64,000 nucleotides of DNA from Thalia democratica (Eukaryota), in the NCBI GenBank assembly GCA_965202585.1, contig OZ241827.1:22568001-22632000 (forward strand), read 5' to 3'. Within the stretch, counting starts at the first letter, position 1, and each line of letters starts with the position of its first letter. Under the pieces are notes generated by a model. That model searched no databases. It had not been told where the DNA came from and saw only the letters and a list, made by a program, of their open reading frames with translations. A program made the translations under genes and the position numbers. This document shows, in pieces, positions 26,039 through 37,502 of this stretch.

Positions 26039-26376
26039 CAGGGGTCGGCAGCCTTTTGTGACTAGCGGGCCAATTTTCCTAGAAAAAATTGTTCTGGGCC
26101 GCCTTTTTTTGAAAAAGGTCTTCGAGGGCCGCAGTTATTTTTAAACTAGTTGAATTAATCTGTTATAAAATACTATTTCGAATCAAAATTATGATGAAAT
26201 AAAAAATAATAAGAAGTATTTATTTATATAAAAGCCTAACTGTATTTTTTTTTACAAAACCTTTCATTTTTATGGTTTAAAAAAAGTATGTTTTTAGCAA
26301 AAAAGTACCTCGCGGGCGGCAGATTTTGGCTTTGAGGACCGCATTCGGCCCGCTGGCCGCAGTTTGCCGACTCCTG
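26039..26376. mobile_element. hAT (Charlie-like) MITE with perfect 8-bp TSD
   Basis: The TIR is CAGGGGTCGGCA/TGCCGACTCCTG and the TSD is ATATAGAA at 26031-26038 and 26377-26384. Confidence 0.92.
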
Positions 26377-26486
26377 ATATAGAAATATACAAAATAATTT
26401 AAACTTAAATAAGTTTTTTTGGATAAAAATATCTGGTTGAAGTTAAGCTAAAATCAAGTAGTAAAAGTCCTATATTAACAAGGTTA

Positions 26487-29400
26487 GAATAAAACTACTT
26501 CAAGGTAGTTGAGGTGCTTCAAAGCTGCTCACCTTTGAAGATCTCGAGCGAGCGCTGTTACACCAGGAGAGCTTAAATGAGAGCATTTCTCTCCGGTGTA
26601 GCAACCCAAGCTTGTTGGAGTCTTTTCTAAAGGCACTAGTAGTTGCTTTGTATGGGTACACAAGACAAGACTATGGTTGTTGTGATGCACATCGCATTAT
26701 AGAAGTAGTCAATCCGTAGTTAAACCTAGTTTAGGTTTTTTAATACAATATCTAAACAACACAAGAAAAAATAAACTATTTTAATAGAAAACAATTTCGA
26801 ACATAGAATTAATTTTAACAAAAAAACTAAACTACAGTATTTTTTGCTGGATTATAAGATTTTATAAAACTAAATTATGATATGTAAGTCGTTTATGTTA
26901 TATACTTAAGAAGCACTTCTTGCATTAAAATTTAAAATATTCAATTAAAAAATTATTTTAATGATTATCTTGTTTTTTTTGTTTTTTTAATGGATATAAA
27001 AGATCAAGCTAACAAAAGTGTATTCTTCATTTATTATTACACGTTTATCAAAGCTTTAATTTTGTATTTTCAGCTTTTTAAAAATAACTTTTCTTACACT
27101 TTTAAATAAGTTTTAGACCTGTTTACCCTAAATTAAAATAGCACTTAATAACTTTTATACATTCAAACGATTTTAATTGGTAATTTTTACTTATTTCACT
27201 TCAGATATCATAAACAATGTTAAAATGTTCAAAAAAAGTTGTACTTCATAAAATATGACCGATAATAATACATTGTTTTTAATTTAAATTGTCTTGATGT
27301 TTGAAGTAATGCAGTAGAAAATTATATTTAATATTTGAATGAAGCTAGATTAAATTTTACAACTACTAAATCAAATTTTGATTGCTGTGTAACTTTTACG
27401 CATTAAATAACATAGATTTGTGAAAGTATTTAAAACAAGTTTGACAATACTTGGTTTTTAAACAGACTTTATTAAAAAATATAACTTGATATTTTTTAGA
27501 ATATGAAAACTCTTTCTTGCACAATATAAAAATATCCGATCGTTGGTTTTATAGGCTTAATTTTGCTTATTTAAACAGTTTTTTAAAATATGTTTTTTTT
27601 AGAAACTTGATTTCGTCTCAACAAAACAAAGTCATAGTCTTTAGTTAAATGAAAATAAAAATAACTAAATATAGTCGTTTGTAAAGATGCTCTTGTACAA
27701 ACTTGAATATTTCTGTCATCACAGAAACTAAACTTTTATCTTCACATTTCCATTTGAAAATTACCAATTTACCTTCTTCAGCTTGTCCAACAAAATCACT
27801 AGTAGCTTTATCAACAATCAAAAAGTTGCACTTTGTTAAATCAGCTTTTAATCGAATTGTTACATTATCTATTAGTTTTGTTATACAAAACCACTTTAAA
27901 AGGCTCATAATCATTAAGTATAGCTCTTAAAGTATTTTTATCAACTATTTAGGATTTTCAATAAAAAAAGAACAAACAAACAGAGAGGAACAAACTTTAA
28001 GCTTTGTCACAATAAACCTCTACTGCTTTAAACTAAAAACTTCTTTAATTATTAACGAGACACAAAGAAAACTCTATCATTTGAATATTTTATATAAAAC
28101 GAACCAGATCTGAAATACCTACTAAACTTAAGAAAAATTTTCGGGGAAAGATAAAAAAATTATATAATCTTTAAGTCGATAAAAATAAAATACAATAGGG
28201 TTAATCCAATTCTTCTTAAATGACCATTTCGAGCGATAATGTAATTTACAATTAACTAAGCACTTATTTCTTATCTAATAACATTTATTAGAGTAAACTT
28301 TATACTCCTGGACAAGAGTTAAAAGGTATCCAAGCGGTATACGACTCGATAACCGAAAGGTTCCTTCGTGCACCAGGTCCTAGGACTGAACTTTTTAAAC
28401 GCTTTTTTTGTCGTTCAATAAACATATATAAATGGTAAACTTTTACATGGTTCCTATTTTTTATTTGAAGTTTATTGATAAAGCAACTTTATTTCAGAAC
28501 TTCTACAAAAAAAAACCTATGGTCAGAAACATACTAAAATAAAAATTAGTTCTATCAAGTTGCAGTTGGTATTTCAACAAAAAATCTTAAGTACTTATGA
28601 GAAACTAAAAACTTATTTCTTGATTTTCATAATATTGTTCAAAGCTAATGATAAATTTATTTCAGTAAGTAAAACATAAAAACAAATAATGACTTCTTTT
28701 GAAATCTACTACAAAATATCATTTTCAAAGACTTCTTCTATGTTTATTGTAAATAAAAAGAATTCGTCGAAAAATACCTTAAATAAAGAATATAAAAAGA
28801 GGTAGCGTTTTTTGTTTGATTTCAAGTATATGTTTAAATAAGTAACTAAGTAATTTTAAGAATTGTAAATAATACACAATATCAACAACTTGCATAAAAA
28901 ATATACAAAGTGTACTTAAAATGATATAGATAGTATTTTCAACAGCTTTATTAAGAATATCATATATTTATTTAGAAAAAAATAAATAAAACATTTCAAA
29001 AAGAAGTCTCTCTAGCAGCTTATTAGAGAAAACAATTGTTTACGAACTGTTCAACACCTGGTTAAAGCTTTTACTACTTTTACTTCAGCTTGTTAAAGTT
29101 CCGAGTAAAGCTTGAACCTTCAACAAAGTCTACAATTAAAAAATTTTTAAAGCATAAGAATAAAACACTTAAAATTAATCTATCCTCTAAAAAAATAAGA
29201 GCTATAATGTAAGTCAGTGAAAAGTAATTCTAAGTTTGTGTTAAAGAAAAACCTTTTTACAATCAATGACCGAACTAGAAATTTATCCTACTAAATACTT
29301 GAAAATAACTGAAATACTGAAAAAGCATTGCTTCGACCCATTACAGCTGCTTAAGTTGAAAGACCTTAAGGAGGCGCTGTTACTCCAGCAAGAACATTTC

Positions 29401-32400
29401 TCTCCTTTGTAACAGCCAGGAATGACTAAATCGTTTAATTAAACTTATTGTAAGAAAAACACGAGAAGAACATCATCGCGGTGTTGAAAAAAAGATAAGT
29501 AAAACGTTGTTATTGTTAACAACGTGGAAAAAGTATCTGATAAAAGTTCATTTAAAGAAAGAGTTACAAGCGTGTTTGAAAAAAGCCTTTTCAATTTTGC
29601 TAACTAAATCAGTGCTTTGACTGTATAAAATACTCGGAAATTTTGGATTAGAAAAAACAAGACATTTGAGTGGTCCTTAATCACATAAAATTTCGATCTG
29701 GATTCAAGAACTCAAACATCTGAAGATCGTACCATTTAACCAGACAATCCTGATTTAAATTAGTTTAAATTTTAATTTCGTTTTTTCGAAAAATTTATGA
29801 GAATATATAAACAAAAGAAGATCAAAATAAATAAGTGCTGTCAACAAACAAACCTTAAGTTTTTCAAGTAAAAAAATATAAGATAAAGTTTAAACAGCAG
29901 TAGCCTGACGGAGGTAGTATGCCAAACTGTTTGCGAAAAGAACCAGGGCTCATCATCAACCGCGGATCAGCAACCTAGGCTTGTCTGTTAAAAGTAACTA
30001 CACATTTCAGAAAAAACTCTTCCAGTTGATGAAACAGTTTTGTTTGCGGTCTGAAAACTACTTTAAGGTAGTTGAGGTGCTTCAAAGCTGTGGTAATGAC
30101 CTAACAAAGCTGTTCACCTTTGAAGATCTTGATCAACCAAAAAGTTTTTTGTACACCAGGTCCTTTGACCAAACTTTTGTCGTTCAATAAACAATATTAA
30201 AAAACAATACTTAATCAAGAGAAGAAAACAACCAACTTTAAGAGAAGAAATTATAAATGTATTTGAAAATAAACTAATCATCTGAAAGATAAATAAGAAC
30301 ATTTCATTCCTGTGTGACATGCCAAGCTTAATGAAATTGTTTTAAAGTATTTTAAGTAACTCTAAACAATAAATTAAAAAAAACAACAAGCGTGGTTTAA
30401 AAAGAAAATTCATTACAATTTTGATCTTTAACAAGTCTTTTGTAGTTTAGGTTTGTTTAAATTACGTTGCCCATGAAGACTCTTTTTAAGAAGGTCAGCC
30501 CGAGAAAATCCTTTATCTGGTAAAAGTGTTCACCTCTAAACTAATAAATGAAAAAAAAAATAGACAATTTGGTAAATGTACATTAAAAAAAGGCATTTTA
30601 ACATTGTTAACTAGTTGTTTTAAGACTGTACTTTTAAAATTTATACAGAAAAACACGATTTCAAGCTGCAATCAAAAAACATCAATTTACTTAGTTGGAA
30701 GTATTGGTAAAACAAAACAATTTAAAAACCTTTTTAAGATTTTAATTATCTTTTTTAACAACAAATATCATAAAAAATTAGATACGTTTAAAGTTTGTAG
30801 ATCATTTCAATCGTAATTTTTTTTTGCAGTAAACAGATATATCAGCTAATTTTCAAGAAAGTTAATTGACTTTGAGCGTTAAATCAGAAAATTAAATTAT
30901 GCATTCTATTGAGTTAATAGGAGTAGGACTTAATAACTTGCTCATACCAAGTATAATCTTTTTAAGAATTAGTTATCCGAACTGAAAAGATTTTTCATTA
31001 CATAGATAATAGTTAAAAAAATAGCTTTAACTAGGTATCCATGGTCAGATGATGGTACTAACAAGTTAAACTGATTTATTTAGCATCTTGTCATGTCGAG
31101 TTGATTTTTATTGTAAACTTAAATCGTTTTATATTGTATAACTGTTTTGTTTTATTTCTGGTTATGTTATAAACTACTCCATTTCAAAAAAACTAAAAAT
31201 ATTTTTCACTTTTTATCTTTAACACTCCTGGCTGAAAAACAATTTAGAAATAAATAAGGTTATATTTAATCATTAAAATGACAAAAAGATAAAAAAAAAA
31301 ACATAACATTGAATAAAATAAAACCAGAATAAAGGTTTGCAGACCTTATGAAGAGTATTTTGTGAAAAAATCTCTTGCAAAGGTAAAACATTTTATAGAA
31401 AGAAGGAACAAAAGCCTGTCAAAAAGTTTGTTGGTAAACTTACCAACCTTTAAAGAAGTTTCTTGATATATAACTTCTCAACTTTTTGTTACTTAACTTC
31501 TCAAGACTCCTGCTGCATATTAGACTGGTTAAAAAAAAAAGCAACTAACAAGGTTTAGATAAAGGTTCAATAGGTAGTGAGTTAGACGTAAAAGTTGAAA
31601 GAAAAAAAAACAAATTAATTGTGTTTAGTTCCAAGTGCTCAGATTAATGTATTTAAATAATAAAAGCTATTTAGTTGTTTATTTAATTAATGAGGCCATT
31701 AAACCAACTGAAAAAGAAAAATATAACTAAAGATGAATAACAGAAAACTCACATATAAGATAAAGTTGTATTTACAAAATACATAAGTACTTGGATTTGA
31801 GTTTGTACAAGTTTAAGTTCTAACTTTTTTTTTCCCCTTTTTGACTTATATACTAAATTTTTTATTTAGTAAGTAGAATATAAGTTTTTAATGATGAAAG
31901 AAAAAAGTTTAGATCCAGTTGCAAGTTAAAACTATCGGTTGAAGTGAAAATGTTTGATTAAAAAAACTTAGAGCTTTTAGCAAATAAGAATTATACATAA
32001 ATTTAATGTAACTGAATGAATTGAAAATACATAATTATCAGAACTTAAAGAAAAACATAGTGACGTAATAATGTGGTATGTGTAGAATATTTTGAAATGT
32101 TTTGTTTTGAAAATAGCTTTTATATTTCATGATTTACTAATGACAATAACAAAAACTTTCAAGTTAGTATCAAATATCTTATAAAAGCTTCTTAAAAACA
32201 CGCTTAATTGTTATACATGTTGATATGTAGACAAAACAACATAGCAACTTTAAATTTAATAGCTTAAGAACATTAAAAGTACACAACAATATAGATACTT
32301 AGCCTAAGATAAACTTAACTTAATCACTTTATTCTAAAAAAACAATTTTGATGAAATGCCCTTAAGTTAAAAACGAGAAATATATAAGTTTTCACACTAA

Positions 32401-32790
32401 AGTAGTTTATACTTTTGTTCAACGGAAAGTTATTGAGACTATGAGTGAATTTTATAAGTTTTTTGAGTAAACAAATACGGATAGAAGTTATATAAGAAGT
32501 ATGTAAGCGTTTGATGAAAATATGTTATTTATAATAAAACGAATCATTGTATAAGTTACTCCGCATATAACATACGATTAATAAATTTCAAACATAAAAT
32601 GCCTCCTATCTTACTTTAACTGTTTTTGTAAAATTACGTCTGTTAAAGTTTCACAAAAAAGATTAGTTACTTATAAAATGAATTTTTATAAATTAAAAAG
32701 TAATTTTTAGTTATATTTTTCAATCAAGAAATAAAAATGTTATAGATGCTCTTAACAACTCAAAATAGTAGAGTTTAGAGCAATATAAAA
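26487..32790 (+). repeat. Right arm of the inverted segmental duplication
   Basis: It is the reverse complement of ~14550-21350 at the anchors listed for the left arm. It contains cassette copies of the orphan 3' end at 26487-26730 and 29895-30135. Confidence 0.9.
27645..27914 (-). CDS. Possible small intronless 89-aa protein of unknown function; disrupted paralog at ~19914-20185 (+)
   Basis: The ATG-to-stop frame is intact. The mirror copy in the left arm conserves the protein sequence (LTKCNF.I.DK..SDFVGQ..E.KLV.FK.K.EDK...S.M.E.FKFVQEH.YKRLYLV) but carries TGA/TAG stops and a frameshift. Confidence 0.4.
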   Translation of the reverse strand: MIMSLLKWFCITKLIDNVTIRLKADLTKCNFLIVDKATSDFVGQAEEGKLVIFKWKCEDKSLVSVMTEIFKFVQEHLYKRLYLVIFIFI

Positions 32791-32804
32791 ATAATAATAA
32801 TAGT

Positions 32805-33065
32805 AACAAACTATACAGTATCCTTCTTTTATTACACTGACATATGTTTCTGTGTGTTAAACGAGTTAGCACACTTCAACGGAGCCCTGTAAAAAAATTA
32901 ATACTGTAAGGAAAGAATAGCAGCTAAAGTAGGTATATACATGTGTCCATTAAAAATAAAAAATAACTGCTATAGATTTTTATAGGTTAATGGTTATATT
33001 AAATAAAATACTTAATATAAAATCCGACTGTTATAGAACTGCATAATATTTGTAATTATTAAATC
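32805..33065 (+). repeat. Dispersed repeat starting ..TATACAGTA.. (Tc1/pogo-like end), homologous to the outer ~260 bp of the arms at 54953 and 59833
   Basis: It shares CATATGTTTCTGTGTGT..CACACTTCAAC..CTGTAAAAAAA..TAAAGTAGGT..AAATCCGACTGTTATA with 54965-55220. Confidence 0.7.
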
Positions 33066-33899
33066 TAATTATATGAATTAAAGTAAAAATACAAAACAAA
33101 ATAACAAATCATAATATAAACTACTTTCATGAAAACGAAAGAAGTACTAGTTCTAAATATCTACTGGTCTTAATGTTCATATATGATGTGACGTAACTAT
33201 GAAATATATTTCTTTCAATGATGAGTAATAAGTAAATATTTAGAATTAGTACTTCCTTCATTTTTATGTAACACATACTTTAACTAACTACTTCAGCTAC
33301 TATAACGCGAAAACTAATAAAGTTAGTTTTCGATATTTATGCAAAACAGTAAGTTTAACTTAGACAATTTTTTTAAATTAACGTTAAGCTAGAACAAATA
33401 TAATCAGCAAGTTACTATAACTACTTCAAATGAAGAAAAAACAGCACAACAACTACCAACACGGCAAATGTAAACAACAATTAGTTTTCCAGGTAGATGT
33501 GCTTCCCTTCTAATGGAAACAAAAATGGTTTTAGTCTAGAAGGTGCTTAGAGGTCACTGAACATGCAATTTAGGAAGTGCAGTCAACTAATTTAATTGAA
33601 GCTTGACGAAATACTGTGAACTGTCCGGTTACTAGAAAGTTGCTGCCTAAACTTGACCTTGATGATCATATCCAAAAACCATTTGAAAACTGCTGATTAC
33701 AAAAACCGCCCACATTATGCCCTTATATTACGTTTGAGAGACTTTATTTTTTCTCGCTAAAGTTTTTTCATATTAACGTGGACGTTTATCTTATGATTTA
33801 GGAAAAGTTATAAGGACTGCCCTTACAATAAAAAAAATCTAAAGAGTAAAGTTATTTCTTCAAAAATTAATTTAATATTTTTAAGATTTATAAACAACA

Positions 33900-36010
33900 T
33901 ATGTGCCAATAACAATAACTTTTATTCAAAATATAGCTGTGTTCTTTAAAGGAGATTAGCAGTAATTGTTTCTCAATAGATACATTTTTGATGAAAATAA
34001 AACATTCTAAAAATAAATGTAACTCTAGCTTATTAAAGTTGAAGTTTTTAACCAATTAGTCAACGCCTGGTTAAAACTTTTACTATTCTAACTTCAGCTT
34101 GTTTAAGTTCCGAGTAGAAAATTTGGAATTTTTAGACAAGATTATGTTTGTTATGATGCGAAAGTGGCTTCAAATAGCTGTTTGACAATAGCATCACTGA
34201 ACTAGAAAATTACTATTTAAATTAGCTGAGCATTAAATTGCTAAAAGGATTGTAAAATTATTTTTTTTAATGAACAAAATATATTAAAATTTTGACAAAA
34301 ACATATTTTAATTCTTTAAAGGAATAAAAAGTTTACAAAGACCTGGATAAGGCATTTAATTGTATCTAATTGGTGTACGGACTTGATAACCGTAAGGTCT
34401 TTAAATCAAACAGTTTGAGCGCATTGTAACAGTTCAATAAAAAGAGAATATTTAAACCAGAGAAAAAAAAAACTAACTAGAAAACTTAATTAAAATTACA
34501 AGATAAAAATTTAAATGCAGTATTTTTTTGTTTGACTATAAGCTTGTTATTAAACTAAATTATGAAGTTGTTTGTATAGTTAACATAAAAAAAACTTCTT
34601 GTGCTTAAAAATAGAATGCTCAACTGAAAAACAGCTTAGATTTAAAGACCTTAAAGAGGCGCTTTTACTCCAGCAACAACATGTTCTGGTGTATGACTCG
34701 ATAACCGAAAGGTTTTTTCAAGCACAAGGTCCTTGAATCAAACTTTTTGAGCGTTTTTTGTCGTTCAATAAACACTTTACTTCCTGTGTAACAAGCCAGA
34801 AATGAATAAAATTCTTTAGAAAGTATTGTTGCTATATAAAAAAGAAACTAGAGAAGAGTGTCATCGCGGTGATGAAAAACGTTATTACTAGTAACTTTTA
34901 GGAGTATCTGATGTAAAAAAAAATATTTTAACCAAAGAGCTAGTACAAGTGTTTTGTAAACAAGCTTTTCCAATTTTGCTTAAAATCAGTTTTGCGAATG
35001 TTCAAAAACGTAAAAAGCTCAGAAAACTTCGATGAAAAAAAGTAGGAGACGTTTGAGGAGTCCTTAAATTAAAGTTTTATTGTTTCTTTTGCAAAGTATT
35101 CAAACATCAAACAATTTCATTATCGACCTAGACAATCCTGACATTAGCTAGTCCAGTGTTTAAATCTATATTCATTGGAAATAATTATGAAACCTAACTT
35201 CAGTTTTTCAAACTAAAAATATAAAAGTTAAAAAAAAACTAACATGAGTTAGCTGAATTGCTGCAAAGTTTTGAAATTGACTAAAGAAAGCTGCTCACCT
35301 TAAAAAGTCTTTAAGAATCGCTGTTACACCAGGAGAGCTTACATGAGAGCATTTCTCTCATGTGTAACAACCCAACTTGTTGGAGTCTTTTCTAAAGGCA
35401 CTAGTAGTTGCTTTGTATGGGTACACAAGACAAGACTATGGTTGTTGTGATGCACATCGCATTACAGAACTAGATTAGACAATCCTGAAATAGATTAGTA
35501 AAAAGAGTATTCAAACAATAAATAATAAATAAATATAGGAACTGTAATCTATTTTGAAGTAGTTGAAGGACTTCAAGGCAGTGGCATTGAGCCAACAAAA
35601 CTGTCTACCTTTGAGTTTTTAAGGAAGCGCTGTTACGCCGGGAGAGCTTCAATAAAATCATTTATCCCAAGTGTAACAAGCCAAGCTTGCTGGAGTCTTT
35701 TCTGAAGGCATTAGCAATTGCTTAGAAAGACCATGATTGCTGTTATACCAATTGCATTAGTGAACTTGTTTCGCTCGGATCTTTGTTAAGAAACGCTTAA
35801 ATTTATATTCTTTAGTACTTAAAATTTTTAATAGTAATTTTGAAGATGAAGGTACAAACTGTTCAAAAATGAGTTGGTAAACTTACTAACTTTTTTATAA
35901 GTTTCTTGACTTTCAAAGTTACTTAACTTCTCACGACTCTTGCAGCATATTAGATTGGTTAAAAAAGAGCAACTTGAAAGGTTCAATAGGTTTGTAAGTC
36001 AGACGAAATA
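33900..36010 (+). repeat. Third, rearranged partial copy of the duplicated unit, with two more orphan-3'-end cassettes
   Basis: 34060-34110 matches 29055-29110, 34685-34770 matches 28325-28420, 34845-34990 matches 29460-29610, and 35830-36000 matches 31410-31590. Cassettes lie at ~35260-35480 and ~35545-35760. Confidence 0.85.
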
Positions 36011-37438
36011 GTATAAAAGGAATGATAACAAAGGGTGGCTTCAGATTTTCACTACTTTTTTTAAGTAGCTTGAAAACCATGCAAATCATTGGCATATTTT
36101 CTAAGTCAACAAAATTTTTTATAAGGCAATTTTTATATTATTTTTAATTTTAATAGTAAAACTTTATGTTTTGGTTTATTTTTTTATGTTTGGATGGGTA
36201 AGGTGGGTTAAGGATAAGCATAAGGGTATGTATATTAACAACAATATAAAAAAAGCTTTATAAAAATTTTACTGACTTTGCAAAAACTTTTCAGTTGAAG
36301 TTTGGTAAAATAAAAATTAACCTCTAGGTTTGACTCACTTCTTTTCACAAATAACAAATATATAATAGTAAACTATGGAGTAGTAATACTTGAATACAGC
36401 AAGTAAGCAAATTTCATTCTGTTTGTATGGAAAAAAACTGTGCCAAAGCCAAGTTGTATTATAAATTAACACATAATTTTTGATCTAAATTTCATACGTG
36501 AGGTTATTAAAACGTAGATAAATAGAATTTAAAATCAAGTTTTGTTTTACTATTGTTCAAAAATGATTTATTGTCAATGATGTTGGCTAGTAGAGATACA
36601 AAAATAACTTACAAGTTTGTTGGAAGATAACAAAAAATTCAAATTTGTCAGTTTATTGAAACAATAGTCTTTCTCTATACTAAACTACTAACACAGTTTT
36701 ACAATTTTTCTTGGTGCAGATTATACTACTGCTTAAGACAATTCAGGCCAAATCAGACTAGTTTTAGTTTTTAATGCAAAACCCAGACTTATTTAAATAT
36801 TTTTCCTTTTTATCAGGTCATTTTTTGCTTTTAATTTTTAACTTTAAATATTATTATTTTAAGTTCTTTGTTACTATTTAGGTATTTAGTTTGATTTTCT
36901 TACTTTTGACTTTTTTCTGATTTTAGTTTTTTGTTTTCTTGTACACTCATGATAGTTTATGGTATGAATAGGAACTCTAGATGAAGACATCTAAAAGCAG
37001 CAGCTTCTAGATTTTTACTCAAAAAAAATGTAATAAGATGTTTTTAAATATGTTTACTTTTTAAATTTGGCATCCTCTCTGAGAATTAAACATGATTAAG
37101 AATAATTTCACATTTAAAAAATATATTTTTTCTAGTATTTTACTTAAAAAATAACATAAACACAGTTTTAAACATGAAAATAAGATTAAGACCATGATGA
37201 AATCAAAGTTTTTTAATATTATAAACAAAAAATAAATTTAAATCAATGAACTAGTTTTTAACAATAAGTTTTATAACTTTGTAGGTAGGTTTTATTAAGT
37301 TTAATAAATCTATTAATTTTTTTGATTGACTCATTTAATTAATTTATTAGACTAAATTGATTTAAATTTAACTTGTTTTAAAATCTGATATCTTATGTTA
37401 TGTATTTAATTACTTATCAAAGTCTCTCTTTTTAGAAT

Positions 37439-37502
37439 ATGAAAATAAAAACATTCAATTTTCTTCTACTACTTGTAGCAGTTTGCAGCTCTTTTACTTA
37501 TG
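37439..37502 (+). CDS. ACVR1: ACVR1-like exon 1 (signal peptide)
   Basis: [22 protein letters not shown]|GTAAGT; phase 1 matches the next exon. Confidence 0.8.

Noticed and set aside
14550-36010. Calling the duplicated block an endogenous virus or Polinton
   Set aside because: I could recognise no polymerase, capsid, integrase, ATPase or helicase motif. It is kept only as an untested alternative.
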